From Mobula hypostoma (Eukaryota), in contig NC_086109.1 of assembly GCF_963921235.1 (NCBI RefSeq), positions 5,334,001 through 5,398,000 on the forward strand: a stretch of 64,000 nucleotides of DNA, written 5' to 3'. Below, piece by piece: positions 62,002 to 64,000 of this stretch; the first letter of the stretch is position 1, and each line of letters begins with the position of its first letter. Made by a program: the position numbers and the translations under genes. Below the pieces are notes generated by a model. The model saw nothing but the letters and a program-made list of their open reading frames with translations, was not told the origin of the DNA and searched no databases.

Positions 62002-64000
62002 CTGCGGGTTGTGCACACCGTGATCAATCCCTCGAGCGGCATGGCGTCAACCTGCACCATCGCGCCTGATTCCTCGCTGCCCTGCTGACCAAGTAGGCTG
62101 CCCACTCCACAATAAACGGGTCAGGACGAGAACACAATCCGTCCCGTCACCTCTCGTCACTTGTCACACCGATTCCCGGTGTCTCAGAATCGGGTCTATC
62201 ATCAATCACTGACTTAGATAGCATGAAATCTGTTGTTTTGCAACAACGGTACAGTGGAAAGGCATAAAATTACCATAAATTACAAAAATAAATTAAATAA
62301 ATAGTGCAAAAAAAAATAGATTGGCTTTACATGTACACAGAAATATTGAAACACACAGTGAAATGCATTACTTGTGTTAACAACCAACACAATCCGAGGT
62401 TGTGCTGGGGGCAGCCGGCAACTGTCACCATGCTTCTGGCACCAACATAGCATGCCCACGACTCACCACCACTAACCCTAACCCATACGTCTTTGGTCTG
62501 TCGGAGGAAACTGGAGCAACCGGAGGAAACCCATGCGGTCACGGCGAGAACACACAAACTCCTTACAGACAGTGGCGGGAATTGAACCCAGGTCGCTGGC
62601 ACCGTAAAGCATTTTGCTAACTGCTACACTATCGTGCAGTAGAGTTCATCAGGATGTGAGAACTGTACAACTGGCGATGGGCACAACAGCCAGAGCCCAC
62701 CGTTCTCTGTGAGGAGTTGGGACATCCTTCCGGTTGGTAGGTTATTTGGTCATTGTAAATTGTCCCTTGATTAGGCTAGGGTTAAATGGGGGGGGGGCAC
62801 TGGGCCTATTATGTGCTGTTTCTCCGTAAATAACAATCTAATGGGTAATGCTCAGAGGTGATTAACACCGTCCACCAGAAAATAAGCAATGTTGCTCCCA
62901 GTTCCCCAGTTCAGTGATTACTGGCCAATCACGCTCGGAATGCTGACCGACAGCACCCAGTCAACACTGCTCCCAGTCGGGCAACACTGATTTTTAAATT
63001 CATATTTTAATTTTAGTTGCTGTACTTCAAGAAACCGCACAGAACAGGCCCTTCTGGACCAACGAGCCATGCCGCCCAAAAACACAGATATTTAACCCTC
63101 GCCCAGTCACTGGACAACTTACAATGAACAGCTAACCTTCTAACTGGTATAGCTTTGGACTGCGGGACTGCGGACGGCACCGGAATTGACCTCCAACGCC
63201 CCGAGCAGTAATAGAGCCACACCAACCGCCACGCTACCGTGGTGCCACAGCCTTGCTTTACAAAACCCTCCAGGGCTGAATCCCTCTGACCACCACACCC
63301 CCCCCCCCCACCAAACCCCACACTCAGGTTTCTGCGTGTGCCCGTGTTGTGTCCCTGCAGGTCCGAGTCTGTGTCCACTGAAGGTCAGGGTTCTGTGTAT
63401 CTGGGTGGGAGGGAGGGAGGGAGGGACAGGCTGTTGTTGTTTTGTTCTGCCAAGCTCGGTGGGCACGTGATGGTGGCATCGGAATGTGTGGCACACTTGC
63501 GGGCTGCCCCCAGCCCACCTTCGGGTGTGTTGGCTGTTAATGCAAATGACGCATTTCACTGTATGTCTCAATAAATAAATTTGCATCTTACACCACTAAT
63601 GGCCTGGATCCCAGGACACGGATTTCCTTCTCGTCTCCTTCCATTCCCACTCGATTCTCCCTTCTTCCTCAGAACCCACCTCGTCTGGTTATCTGCCCTA
63701 AATCTCCTGGTTACAGCTTGCTCTACTACATTCCAGGCATGACAAGTTTCTGTCTGACGAGTTACTGTTGTTTCATATGGGAACTTACTTCCTTGTGGTA
63801 TTTTTTGCCTTTCAGTTTAATATAAATTAAAAACATTATCTAATCATACACACAAAAGATTCAGCAGATGTTGAAAATCTAGAAAAGCACAAAGCGCTGA
63901 AGGAACTCAGCAAGTCAGGCAGCATCTATGGAGAGGTCACCTTTTTGGATTGAGACCAAGGTCCTGATGAGGGATCTTGGCCTAAAACATCAGACGTTTA

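Noticed and set aside
63783..63830. gtaagt donor as the end of the first IRF6 coding exon
   Set aside because: The upstream sequence does not encode the expected ..ENTIFK; that exon is probably outside the window

Overview
Repeat-rich vertebrate genomic DNA. The V-SINE/HE1-like SINEs, CR1, Rex/L2, L1 and a Penelope-like element suggest a cartilaginous fish (inference). Three genes lie on the minus strand. (1) IRF6: seven coding exons are visible from 62001 down to 44508; the first coding exon appears to lie beyond the right edge. (2) 'Gla gene B' (ATG at 36732): signal peptide, gamma-carboxylase propeptide, prothrombin-like Gla domain and aromatic stack, then a Cys-bracketed coiled-coil exon. 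I found no EGF, kringle, protease or transmembrane exon before the next gene starts. (3) 'Gla gene A' (ATG at 11713): a diverged paralog with the same exon 1-3 layout that runs off the left edge. The two Gla genes share a FOXA/HNF1-like promoter motif. This tandem pair of apparently secreted vitamin K-dependent proteins beside IRF6 is the best candidate for an undescribed system. Also notable are minimal hammerhead ribozyme motifs in the Penelope-like copies (some arranged as long inverted repeats), two 5'-inverted L1s, nested insertions with target-site duplications (TSDs), and an 18-bp minisatellite abutting a Gla exon. Exon calls were made by hand from splice signals, phase and recalled homology; no search was run.
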